Of a DNA stretch of 37,575 bases, positions 11,701 to 23,700 are shown piece by piece. The first letter of the stretch is position 1, and each line of letters starts with the position of its first letter. The notes beneath the pieces are model-generated. The model was not told the DNA's origin and made no database searches. It saw nothing but the letters and a program-made list of their open reading frames with translations. Made by a program: the position numbers and the translations under genes. Source of the stretch: Catajapyx aquilonaris (Eukaryota); NCBI GenBank assembly GCA_000934665.2, contig KZ538982.1:1-37575 (forward strand). The letters run 5' to 3'.

Positions 11701-14700
11701 CAAATCCTCTGCTCCCTAACATCAGCCATTTCGAAAAATTGCAGAAACACAAGAACACTGTCTCAAGAAAACTGCGGAAACTCGGAAACATGTGCACCTA
11801 TGAAGACAGTATTTTTCAGACTAGCTGAAAGGTGCCCCCTAGCGTCACAAGTTCGTACCTTCACTGGTTTGCACAGTAGGCATATATCCAAATTCTCGGA
11901 AATTTTGGGTAGCACCTCATACACCAGAAAACCAGTCATGCAAGGGATGAGTTGCGCCTTTTTGGTACATTACTGGAATGTACAAGTGTTTCTGTGCCCT
12001 AGTTGACAGTCTGAAAGGGGGTGATGTGAAAGAATTGAGAGTTCAAATTCGAACTACCGTATTTACGCGCATAAGAAGCACCCCGGTTTTGAGGTGAAAA
12101 ATCGTGGAAAATCGGTTGTTGACTTATATAAGACGCACCCAGATTTATTGCTGTAGTTTGGGAACTGGCCTCGAGCTGCTGGCAGCAACCTTGTGTGCAA
12201 TGCATGTGCAATGCATGTGCTTGTGGAATCCATTAGAATCCAGTAGAAAGGGGGGGCAAGTGGAAAATGGGACAATGCTACGNGGGGGCAAGTGGAAAAT
12301 GGGACAATGCTATGCATCTGAAACATATAGGTGGCAAGGTCATACCGGAATTGTGCACGTGTGTGGACGGGGAGAGCATAACAATGGAAGTGAAGGAGAA
12401 ATGCAGATCGTATGAGATGCACACGCGTATATGACGCACCCTACTTTTTGAGCTACAAAAATCTGAAAAAAGGTGCGTCTTATCTGCACGTAAATACGGT
12501 ATGCCAGTATGGTTTCGGTCCTCCTTTACGTTTTTTGCAGGATACAGCCTTTACTTTAATCTCCAGAGTTGAACAATTCATCAACTCTTCCCTTTAACCC
12601 CTCTTGAATTGTTAACTTAGACAGAGAAACACGCTGCATTGTCAATTAATATTTTGTTTTTATTTGCATGGGGAACAGGAGTTATGCATACACAAATGAC
12701 ACGAATTTTCATGGCCTGAGTTGCATGGCACCTTATGGAGGTCCAGTAGATCCGGCTGTGGCCCTTGGTGGTTTTCTTGAGGAGGGTCATGGACTTGATC
12801 AAGAGCCTCATTACGAGAAGGCCACGGCACTCATTCTAACATTTATTGTGAATAATCACTTCAACCAGAGTCAACTCACACCAGCTTTGAATTGGGAGAA
12901 GGCGTACGTATTATTCTGTTGGCTACAGCGGAGTTTTAGAGAGTACAGTGACAATTTTGCCCTTATCAACCCAAATTCTAGATATGTGGCATTCATGAAG
13001 GATTACATTGCAAATCACATGCCAGAGTTCATGGACATAGCTTTTAGCTCAGAGAGGTCTATTCAAGATGAATTAAATCGGGAATCGGAATCTGACATAT
13101 TCACTGTACTCATCAGCTACCTGCTCATGTTTGCTTATGTTGCAATTGCACTTGGGCAGTGGATGGATTGGAAGAGGTTGTTGGTAAGTTGAGATATGTG
13201 TATTCAATATTCTGAACATGTCATGAAGCAGTTTTATATTCTTTACTGTAGAATGTAGATGATTGTGTGGAATTTTTAATTTATTCTCATGCGCAAATAT
13301 TATGATTGTTACTCTAGTTGCCTTCCAAGGTACACAAGAATGGGGAACCTAGGCAGTCTCTTTAGGGAAAAATCGCAATGGGCAGTAAAGTCGAGTGACG
13401 CTAGTCTTCTCCATATACCATAATTTGGGGTGAAGTAGTGCGGTTTTGAATTTCAAAATAAGGCACCACTATATCAAGAAGAAGAAAAAATTCAGATGGA
13501 TTGGGCTGATATTAGTGCAGAGCTTCACTTCCATTCATAAGTTGTAATTTTTCATTTAAAATGAAAATAAAAACATGGTGTAAGACTATAGCCCATGACA
13601 CTTAATAATAATTGGTTGGGTAATGCTTTCACCCTATCCGGGTATATCGCATGGACCTTTATTTGTTGTATACATTGGAGCCTTTATACGTATCGCCCGG
13701 GCCCGCAGGCAGGATGACAGGAGGGGATGTGCAAGTGCAGTGCATCTGACGTGTGGCCATTTTTAGTGAGCTCCCCCGGGTGGTTTAGTCTGTAGGAAAT
13801 ACCACCCGAGACGAAGCCAGAGGTGACCGACCTCTGCACGAGATGAAGGGGGTGTCCCCGGGCTGGGATCGAACCCGGGACCTTAACATCCGTGGGCGCG
13901 CGCGTTACCGCGGCGCCACTCCGTCTCCCTTATGACACTTAAAAAATATAATAGGTGACAATTTGCAGCAGCTTTCCTGCAAAGTGTCCCACAAAGCCTG
14001 AAAAGGAAATTATAATATTCTGAAGAGACAAATATGTCATTCCAAGCATTATGGTGCCTTGCAACTGTAACTACTGTTTTAGTAAGAAAATTTACATAAT
14101 TCATATTGTCATAAACAAATAGCTAGGCTTGGAGTACTTGCTTCGGCGGTACATATACTAAATAGCTAGGCTTGGAACGAAGAAAAAAATCATGTTTTGA
14201 AGACATCAGCCTGCTTGGGTGAAGCAAAACAGTGTTTCATTTCATCCCCTCCTGTGTGTAGACAACGGTTGCAAAATTAACACTCAAACACCATGTGACA
14301 TAACAAAATATCACAGAATGTTATGGGACATTATTGCGTATCTGATGGTAGAACATCAGTTTTGTAGTTACTTTACAATGGGTTAGTTTTAGGGGGTGTA
14401 ACCGAGCCAATGAAATATAATAATTTTAACAACCAAATTCATACCTGTTTACTCTGTAGTGGCGTATTAGAACAGGTAGCAGACTACTACTGCTTCTAAT
14501 TCCAGGTCAGGCAATCACAAACTATATAACTTTGTCAGATTGGAGCAGTGGGATATTTTCTGTTATTACCAAAAGAAATGGCTACATTTTGTATCACTTC
14601 ATAGTTCATCCCAATGTACAGAGTATTACATCACCCCCCAGCAGCTGGCATCCAATCTGGCAGTGGTCTAATGGAACCTGACAAGCAACACTCAGCCCTT

Positions 14701-17700
14701 CTGCACATTGCAGGGGCAGATTTTTCACATGTCACATGGATGTAATTATTATATGCATGACATTAATGATGATATACGTGAATTTCAGATTAACAGCAAA
14801 ATCACCCTGGGCTTGAGCGGAGTGTTAATAGTTCTTCTGTCAGTTGGAGCATCCATTGGCTTCTACGGTTATGTTGGTGTTCCTGCCACCCTCATTATCA
14901 TTGAGGTTATCCCATTCTTGGTATTGGCAGTGGGAGTGGATAACATCTTTATATTGGTGCAGACCTATCAAAGGAATGACCGCCTTCCTGGAGAAAATCG
15001 ATCGCAATATATTGGCCGCATTTTGGGGATGGTTGGTCCTTCCATGCTCCTGACTAGTGCTTCTGAGTGTTGCTGCTTTTTTCTAGGTCAGTCTTCACAT
15101 GCATTTAAGCTTAGTGTTTTATTTCCCACTGATTTTTAGTCAAAAATATAAGTTGTTAAAGTTCTTGGAGATACTGTTACAAGTTTGACAGCATGAGCCA
15201 TGTTTGCATCACTGAAGGTAGATTATCTACTGAGGGCTTAATGATTGATGAAATAATTAAAGCCTGTTTCACAAAAAAAAGACGTGGCGTTAAAACGCCT
15301 CATTTCACCGCCCAGGGTGTACGACGTGCGCGTCAAGCCAATTCACATAAAATTTTGACACGCGATTCTGTCTGTCGCCGCGGCAAACAGTCCAACGCAG
15401 GATACTGCTGGCCTGAATATCTGCGTTTTGACGCCCGGCGACTGCCAATGGGAAGAGGGACCATGAAGTCACGTGACTTCCCTCCCTCCCTCCTCAAGAC
15501 TACACCAAGACCTTTGTGGTCGAGGCAGACATCTTTATTTTCCCCTCATTCCTCACCGTCCATCCCGTATGTCCACCCCCGTGCCTGTGCTTGGCCCCGT
15601 GCCCGCCCTTTGCCCCGTGCTTTGACCCGCCCACACCCTAGCTGCACCGTCCACCCCGTATCCTCTCTCCACAGCTCTCGTCCCGTCCACCTGTGCCCCG
15701 TATTGTCCCCTTGTGCCAGCTTGGTCTCCTACTGACTGGTGGTGGCTATAGTGGCTAGTTTCTTTCTTTCCGAGATGGCTCTGCACTCGCGCCGCGCGAC
15801 ATATTTTTTTTGTGGATTGCAGCAGCGTTTTCCTTTGTGCCGATCCACTGCCTATTGCCTTGGCGTTTCACAGCTCGCGTAGAAACGCGGCCACGGAAGG
15901 CCGCGTCTTTTTTTTTGTGAAACAGGCTTAAACCTGAGGATTGTGTCTTTTGTATTTGAGGGCAAGAAGGCTGGTTCTGATGTGCTCTTACTGGCAGCAC
16001 TGCCAGCACATGATTATTTATTCCAAATTATTTAATAATAATTTATCTACAGTAGAACCCCCTGATTATCCGTCATTCATATGACTGGGGCATGGTCATA
16101 AATTCTAGATAATGGATTTCTAGGTTTTTACCAACTTTTTATTTTGTATGCAGAGCACCGGAACCAAAATATACAGTATATCTGTTTCATAACACAAGGA
16201 CCTCAAAAATCGCAGTTTTAGAGAACATAAAATTGCGTATTTGGGGCATTGGGACCTAAATGCCCTATTAGCACCTATTTTGCACCTATTTCCACCTTTT
16301 TGACGCCATTATGTAAGATTTTCGAGAGTTTTTGAGGGTTTCCATTCATGGCATCCCTCCCTATTCAACCTGCAAACAGCGAAGATGTAGGCATGCCAGA
16401 TGAACTGTCTATAGAAGACATTTCACTTTTCAAGTATGATCTGATTATTACTTCATGGGATGTTGAAAGGTCATTTTCAGAGTATAAAGATGTGTTGTCA
16501 GATAGGGGTCACTGAATAACTGCGACTAACCAATGAAAATATGGAATAACTGGTAATTTGTTACTGTGCTGCAAAATTACATGGCCAAGAGTAGCTATAG
16601 GCTAAATTAGGACCTGCTTGACTTTTCCTGCCAAAGGTCGGATAATCCGAGAAGCAAAGAAACAATGAGACAACAAAAAACGTATAAAACATGAAAGATT
16701 GTAGCCTACATGTTATTTTTCAGGTGCACTGACAGGAATGCCAGCTGTGAAGGCATTTGCATTGTATGCTGGACTTGCCTTACTTTTGGATTTTATACTG
16801 CAGATCACATGCTTTGTGGGAATGCTGTCACTGGATTCATGGAGACAAGAAGTAACCAGTTCTTTGTTGATTGTTTCCATCTGCACTTGCTAGCTGTACT
16901 CATATCATACAGACACATGTTGATAGGAAAGGGTTTTTTTTTTTACATTCACAGTGTGCTGTGTTGTGCGATTTGTAGTAATTCGGAGCTACATGTAGTA
17001 CCTTATGTGGAAGAATCTGTAGAACGGTCAGAATAAGCAGGGTTAATACAGCATGACAGCATGACATGGAGGTATGGAGGGGGTTAGCTGAATATGGTGT
17101 GCTCAAAGTTTTAAAAAATAATTTAGATGCAAGTTCTCTGAATTTAAAAAAAATGCCTGGTAACCTCACAGCTGAAGAGTCCACAGCAGGAAGACTGATT
17201 TCATAAGGACGGGTTGTGCTCAACATGACGGTATGGCATGTGAGTATGGAAGCAGAGTTCCATACCCATATGTCATGCAGTCAAATAAGCTGAAGTTCAG
17301 CATTGAGCTGCTGGACCGTCATAGTGGTTTGATAATTTTTTACATCTGACATGCTGCAAAATGTCTCAGTAGGTGAACTCCAAATTACAGTCAATTTACA
17401 CAAAGTAAGCCTATTTAGAAACCCACATGGAAATGATGAGAGTGACAGATTAGTTTTAATGCAATTTAGCTAGTAATACAAGCTTGTACCTTTTCTTTCA
17501 GTCAAATCACCTTGACTTGTGCTGTTGCATTCGTGCTGATGGAGAATCTGATATGAGTGGCAAGGATGGCATAATGTACCGCATTTTTGAGAAGCTTTAT
17601 GCACCATGCCTATTGACTAAGCCTGTTCGGACCATTGTGGTGATTGTGTTTGCTGGATGGCTATGCAGCAGTGTTGCTGTGTTGCCACATATTGAAGTCG

Positions 17701-20700
17701 GCTTGGATCAGCAGATTTCCATGCCACAGGATTCATTTGTTCTGAAGTATTTTAATGTAAGTAAAATGGATCATAACTGGCAATTTCATTAGTACACTAT
17801 GTGATATTTTACTGAATGCCTGCCTATCCTATTTTGTTACCTGATAGATGGTTCAAACATTATGTATTCTAGCTTTGGATGATTCATGACACTACTACAC
17901 ATTGCATTAGAGTTGGCTATCATTCCGTTAACAGATAGCTAAAGTAATTTCAGCATTTAAGCAAAATCTTTCTTGGTGTGCATAGGAAAAAGGACTCCTT
18001 GCCTGGCCTGGCTCTTGTATTGGATGGGATTAACATTCAGCAGAGGTTCTGCAAATGTCCTGATTGGCATTGATATTTGATATTCATCATTGTATGAGGG
18101 CTATAAGAGTCAGACATGCTAACAACAGTAAGACATATGGTCATCTCACTGTGAAACATGACTTTTGCAATTGCTATGCTGCCTTAGACACTACCAAGTT
18201 ATCCTAGAAGGCATTCGAAATTAATCTGCTGATAGAGATGTAGTAGTTGATATACCCGTACAACCCCCAGGTTTGCCAGAAAATTGTTGAGTAATATCAA
18301 CTTGTCATAAATTGCAAATTGTGCAGTTGTGATTGCACACCAATGCTTCCCAAAACAATATAATTTGAGTGATGAAGGGAATTAATTTGAATGAAGAGTG
18401 GACATGTACAAGGCTCTAACTGCCAAAATTGAGAAAATCGACTTTATCAAGTTAAACTGCTCTATATCCCATGGAAAATGCTGTGAAAAATACTCCCAAG
18501 CTCTTAGCCTGACCCTGTCATCTGCAAGAAATGTTTAAATGGTCAATGTTGTATCTCCACCATGCAATTTGGAAGAGAGAAATGTGATTATCTGAAAACT
18601 GGTTTTTAGGCACTTACAAGGGACGACCGTGATGTGCCACTAACGGATTTGGACAAAAATCGCTCAGTGGGTAAATCACATGCGTAGAATTCACTGGTGA
18701 ACGTAAAAACCCACACTTCACAGCCATTTTCGAGATATGAGTGACGTCAGATCTGCCGCGCTCAATATAGTCAAGAGCTCTTGATATAGTGCATCCTCTT
18801 GCTCCCTTTTTAGACTTTTAATCATCATCGAAAAAGAGTCTCTTTGAACGGCTCTGTCTGTCCGTCTGTTGACAGGTATCAGAGCCTCAACTGCAACAGA
18901 TTACAGATAGCGGCAAACGCGGCTTTCCATCACTTTATGTACAGTAGTTCGTCATATGCAAGGGAAGGTATCATCATTCCATGCCTCTTCAGATAATTTG
19001 TGTCAGTGTTTAATGGAGTCCGTAAGGCGCCCATACTCGGTGAGAAAAACATCTTACATGATAAATAAATGGATCCAGTACATACTGCTCATTTCTTGTG
19101 TTTAATATAACTAACTTATTAATTAGGCTAAAGCATGTGCCACATGACATTGAATTGCAGTATGTGCAGCCAACATTCAAACCGTATTAATAACTTGACC
19201 AGAAAAAGGCGGGAGGGAGAAGGGGACAAAACAAGATTGGCAATCACGTGAGTGTGATTAGAATAGACGTTTTCTCATTCTTTCAAGTATGAAACTTTAT
19301 GGGTAATTTTTCTCCAAAGAAAGTAACATTGACAATGAAGTAGTCTAATTCAAGTTTAATAGTACTAAATTTACAAATTGTTACAAAGATTACAGTAGAA
19401 CTCCTATTATCCGTCATGGGACTGGGGCATTGGTCTCAAACTCTGAAGAAGACTTGTGAGGATAGAGTGAACCCGGAAAACCGGAAGTTGGCCATGACAC
19501 CTATTTAGGTCACGTTTAATCCGAATCCGGAAACCGTTTGCCACCATCTGTTGCGGTTGAGGCCCTTATACCTGTCAACAGACGGACAGACAGAGCCGTT
19601 CTAAGAGACTTTTTTTCGATGATGATAAAAAGTCTAAAAAGGGAGCAAGAGGATTAGAGGATGCACTATATATTGAGCGCGCCGGATCTGATGTCACTCA
19701 TATCTCGAAAATGGCTGCGAAGTGTGGGTTTTTACGTACATGTTTTTACGTACATGTGATTTACCCACTGAGCGATTTTTGTCCAAATCCGTTAGTGGCA
19801 CGTCACGCTCTTCCCTTGTTAGAGCCCTTGTGCATGTCCACTCTTCAATATTATGTAATTCCATCCATTAATTTAATCATTCCATGGATCTTGATATAAC
19901 TTTGTTTATTTTCCAAAATGGATATACTACACACACACACACCCTCCAGGAGGGTTTTATTTATTTTATTCTGAAAATGCTGTGAGTGAAATGTAATGTG
20001 TACAATAGCTCATATAACAACAGCATATAAGTGAATAAGGAATTAGTATTGCTGTAACATTTCCAATTTTAATTCCAGTATATGGCAAAATATTTGTCAA
20101 TTGGGCCACCAATTTACATGGTAGTGAAACCTGGCCTGAAGTATGATGATGCCAATACCCAAAACAAAATATGTGGTGATTCTCATTCCACCAATGATTC
20201 ATTGTCTGCACAAATAGCCATGGCTTCAAGAGACTCTCGAAGGTAAGTGCATTATACTTATTCAGGCACCAAGGGCATCTCCTGATCATATCTTAAACAT
20301 TTAATCTGTGTGGGTGTGCACTCTTGTGGGAAAGCATCTGGAGGTTGTGAAATTGTCGAAGACTAATGATGTGGATCCAGATTGGTTCCCATTGAATTTT
20401 TTTTCATTTTGATGTAGGTATTATATAGCAAGACCATCATCATCGTGGATGGACACCTACTTTGAATGGAGTACTACAAAAGATTGTTGCAAACATTTTA
20501 ATAATGGTTCTTTCTGCCCCTCAATAGGTATGTTGTGTTTACAAATTATTTTATTTTGTAATTATTTGTCTAGTTATTTATTGGTTACTTACTCCTCGAT
20601 GTGTCAACATATGTTACAGATACTATTGACCAATGTACAGATTGTGTCATTGAGCAAAACGAAACGTTAAATCGACCATTGCCTGCTGATTTTAGGAAAT

Positions 20701-23700
20701 ACCTCATATGGTTCCTGCAGGATAATCCAAATCCCGATGGAAGTACGTGCACCCAAGGAGGACACCCAGCATATGCTCAGGTTTATTTGCATTATTCACA
20801 CTTTTTAAAGTGCTTAGTTAGTAGGTTGAATGTTTGAAGTTATCACATATACTTGTAGGGCAGTAATGTGAGCAACACCAATCACCATAATACGAGGGTG
20901 GTTCAGAAAATAACCTTGCAAGTTGATTTAAAAATTTGAACTAGACATACTGTGAGCTATTCTTGCTTTAGATGGTACGGCCATTCGTGTAGTAGGTATG
21001 GAGCGTTTCAGATCCACCACGCGACACCAGGTAGTCACGTGACAGCTATTTGAAGATGGCGGACCCGCTGGAGGTGTGTACCAGTGAAGAGCAGCAGTTT
21101 CCTTGCCAGTGAAGGTGTGAAACCCACAGGCATTCACCGTTGGATGAAGGCACAGTATGGTAGTGCCTGCATATCGCTACAGCAGGTGTATAAATGGGAG
21201 TGGAAGTTCACAGGAGGCTTGACAAGTGTGCTGGACACCCCCACGACCTGGTCGCCCGCACACTGCTGTCACGGACGAGACTGTATAGTGGTCGCAGATG
21301 AGCTTATTCGTCAAGACCGATGCATCAGTGTGAAAGATGGGAGTGTTGGGTCAGTGTAGGTGATCATACACGAGCACCTCAAATACGCAACAGTGTTGGC
21401 CAGATGGGTTCCCAGGCAATTGACACATGAATTGAAGTAACTGCATGTCGATGTGTGTGCAACACTTCTCAGAAGTTACGAGGAGGAAGGAGATGATTTT
21501 TTGTGCCCTACAGTGACTGGCGTGCATCACTTCCAGCCAGCAACTAAATGTTCCAGCAAAGAATGGCGACATTCATCTTCCCTAAAACTCAACTGCTCTT
21601 CTCTGGTGCACACCTCCAGCAGGGCAGCCATCTTCAAATAGATGTCACGTGACTACCTGGTATGACATGGTGGATCTGAAACGCCGCTCCATACACACCT
21701 CCTACCTACACACCTCCTACTACACAAATGGCCATACCAGCTAAAGCAAGAATAGTTCACATACTGTATAGTAGAAATTTGTAAATCAACTTGTAAGGTT
21801 AATCACTGAACCACCCTGGTTCATGCTTGACTAAAGCTAAGTTATCTGCCTCATATTATTTTACAAGCGTCACTTTCGGAGTAACTATGTAAATTGTTTT
21901 ATATTTGAGTTTGTAAGTAGGAATCATATCCAAATTTTCAGTCTTCAATAGCTAAAAGCACAGTGCTTTTAAATGATTTCATTGAGTAGTACCAATTGAG
22001 AAAAACAATATGCAAAAAGCGAGGGCGTCATGCCTCAAAAACCAGAAGTAGCGTTATGGCCTCAGACAAATGTACCAGCAATTACGTGAAAACCTGAAAT
22101 GCAGAAAGTCTACAAGTTACATTTTGGTTGAAATTGAATTAAGCATTGCCTGGTATAATTTATCATTACCAACATAAACATGTGCCCTTTCTGTAAGTCA
22201 AGTCGGCTTTTGGAGGGATTAATTGCAGCTTCCAGAATCTGTGTTAGAAAATTTGATCTCTTCATGTGAAATCATTCAATGGTGACTGATGTTCTGCATT
22301 TCTGTTCTTCATAATTATTATTTAATTTGCTGTTTGTCTTTTTTGTGTGCTTGCTTGGTTCATTAACTTTCCATAGTTATGCACCTTTAAAAAAATACAT
22401 TTTACAATTTTTTACACTGTTCAGTAATACAGAGCGCCTGCTTATTTGGACCACATCGGGGGCCGCATCATTTTGGCCCAATAAAGTGGGGGTTCCATTA
22501 ACCGGGGTTCATGTGAAACTACCGGGGGGNNNNNNNNNNNNNNNNAGAGAGAGAGAGAGAGAACCCAAAGTAATAGACTGCCCTACCAGCTTTAACCCTC
22601 AAAAGGGATTATAGCAACCTAACTGGGGATATCACCAGCTATGCAGGGAAAAATTGCACTGATGGTATTGATTTGATTCCGGTCCTGGCGATTTGGTCCA
22701 AATATGCGCGGGGTCCGATAAACCGGAGCACCAATAAAGCGGGGCGCACTGTATTGCATTTTCAACAGCATCTTCAACCTGTTGTCTAACCTTACATTTT
22801 ATTAAAGGGTGTAAGATATGAAGAAGAGAGTGACGGCTCAGCCAGTGTTACAGCCAGCTACTTTATGACCTACCATACCATTTTAAAGACATCTAAAGAT
22901 TACTACACAGCGCTTGAACGGGCAAGAGATTTGGCTGATGACATTCAAAAGTCCATTAATACTGACACTGTAAAAACTAACGGAACTGGTGCAGTTGAAG
23001 TATTTCCATACAGGTTAGGTAGACTTCTATGTAAGACTTTTCCATGCTAAACCACAAGGCATTTTTTCACCAACTTTACAATATTTTTGTGCATGTCTGT
23101 TTAAAGTGGGAATGGGCTGCTGTGCTCCGCATTGTCAAGTTTGATAGTTTTTGTGATTTGCTTTTTCACCTATATTATAAGCTTGAAGTCTCTTTGGGGA
23201 TCCCGTTTTAAATACCTGGCTTCATTCAATTGCTGTTCTGCTGATGGAATTTGATGGTGGGTGAAAATGGAAAAACTGCAAGCAAATCCATGGGTGTATG
23301 TGAAACTCTTTCCACATGAGAAATTTCTATGTCCAACCTGGGGATTGAATGTGGTACCTCAGAGGTGGAAACACATTTGATTGCCTGATCTTATATCTCC
23401 AGTAAGACCAGCATCAAAGAGAGTAATAACTTCACAGAATCACATTAGTTCTGAGGACAATTATTTGCAATTGAATGGTCGCAGTGTAGAGGAGTTTTTG
23501 CTATGTGAGGGGATTATTAATTATGAAGATAGCTTAAAATGCACAATCCAAGTCTCAGCATTGATGTACTCAAGTCAGTATGTAAGGTCCTTCTTTCAGT
23601 CTTTTCAGGGGATAGAAGTGGTAACAAAACTATTCCAAGCAAGTCAGAAGGGTTCAGGACAAAGGATCCCTTTGATCAGTTTTTTATACTCAGTTACATT

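Noticed and set aside
15193..15735. 180-aa ORF
   Set aside because: Lies mostly in the GC-rich, low-complexity core of a Harbinger-like MITE; no domain features.
17172..17215. Hammerhead ribozyme-like CTGAAGA-GTCC...GGAC-G
   Set aside because: The required GAAA after stem II is missing (GGGT instead), and I could not form stems I and III.
22530..22562. N-run flanked by poly-G and (GA)n
   Set aside because: Assembly gap at a simple repeat; the true length is unknown.
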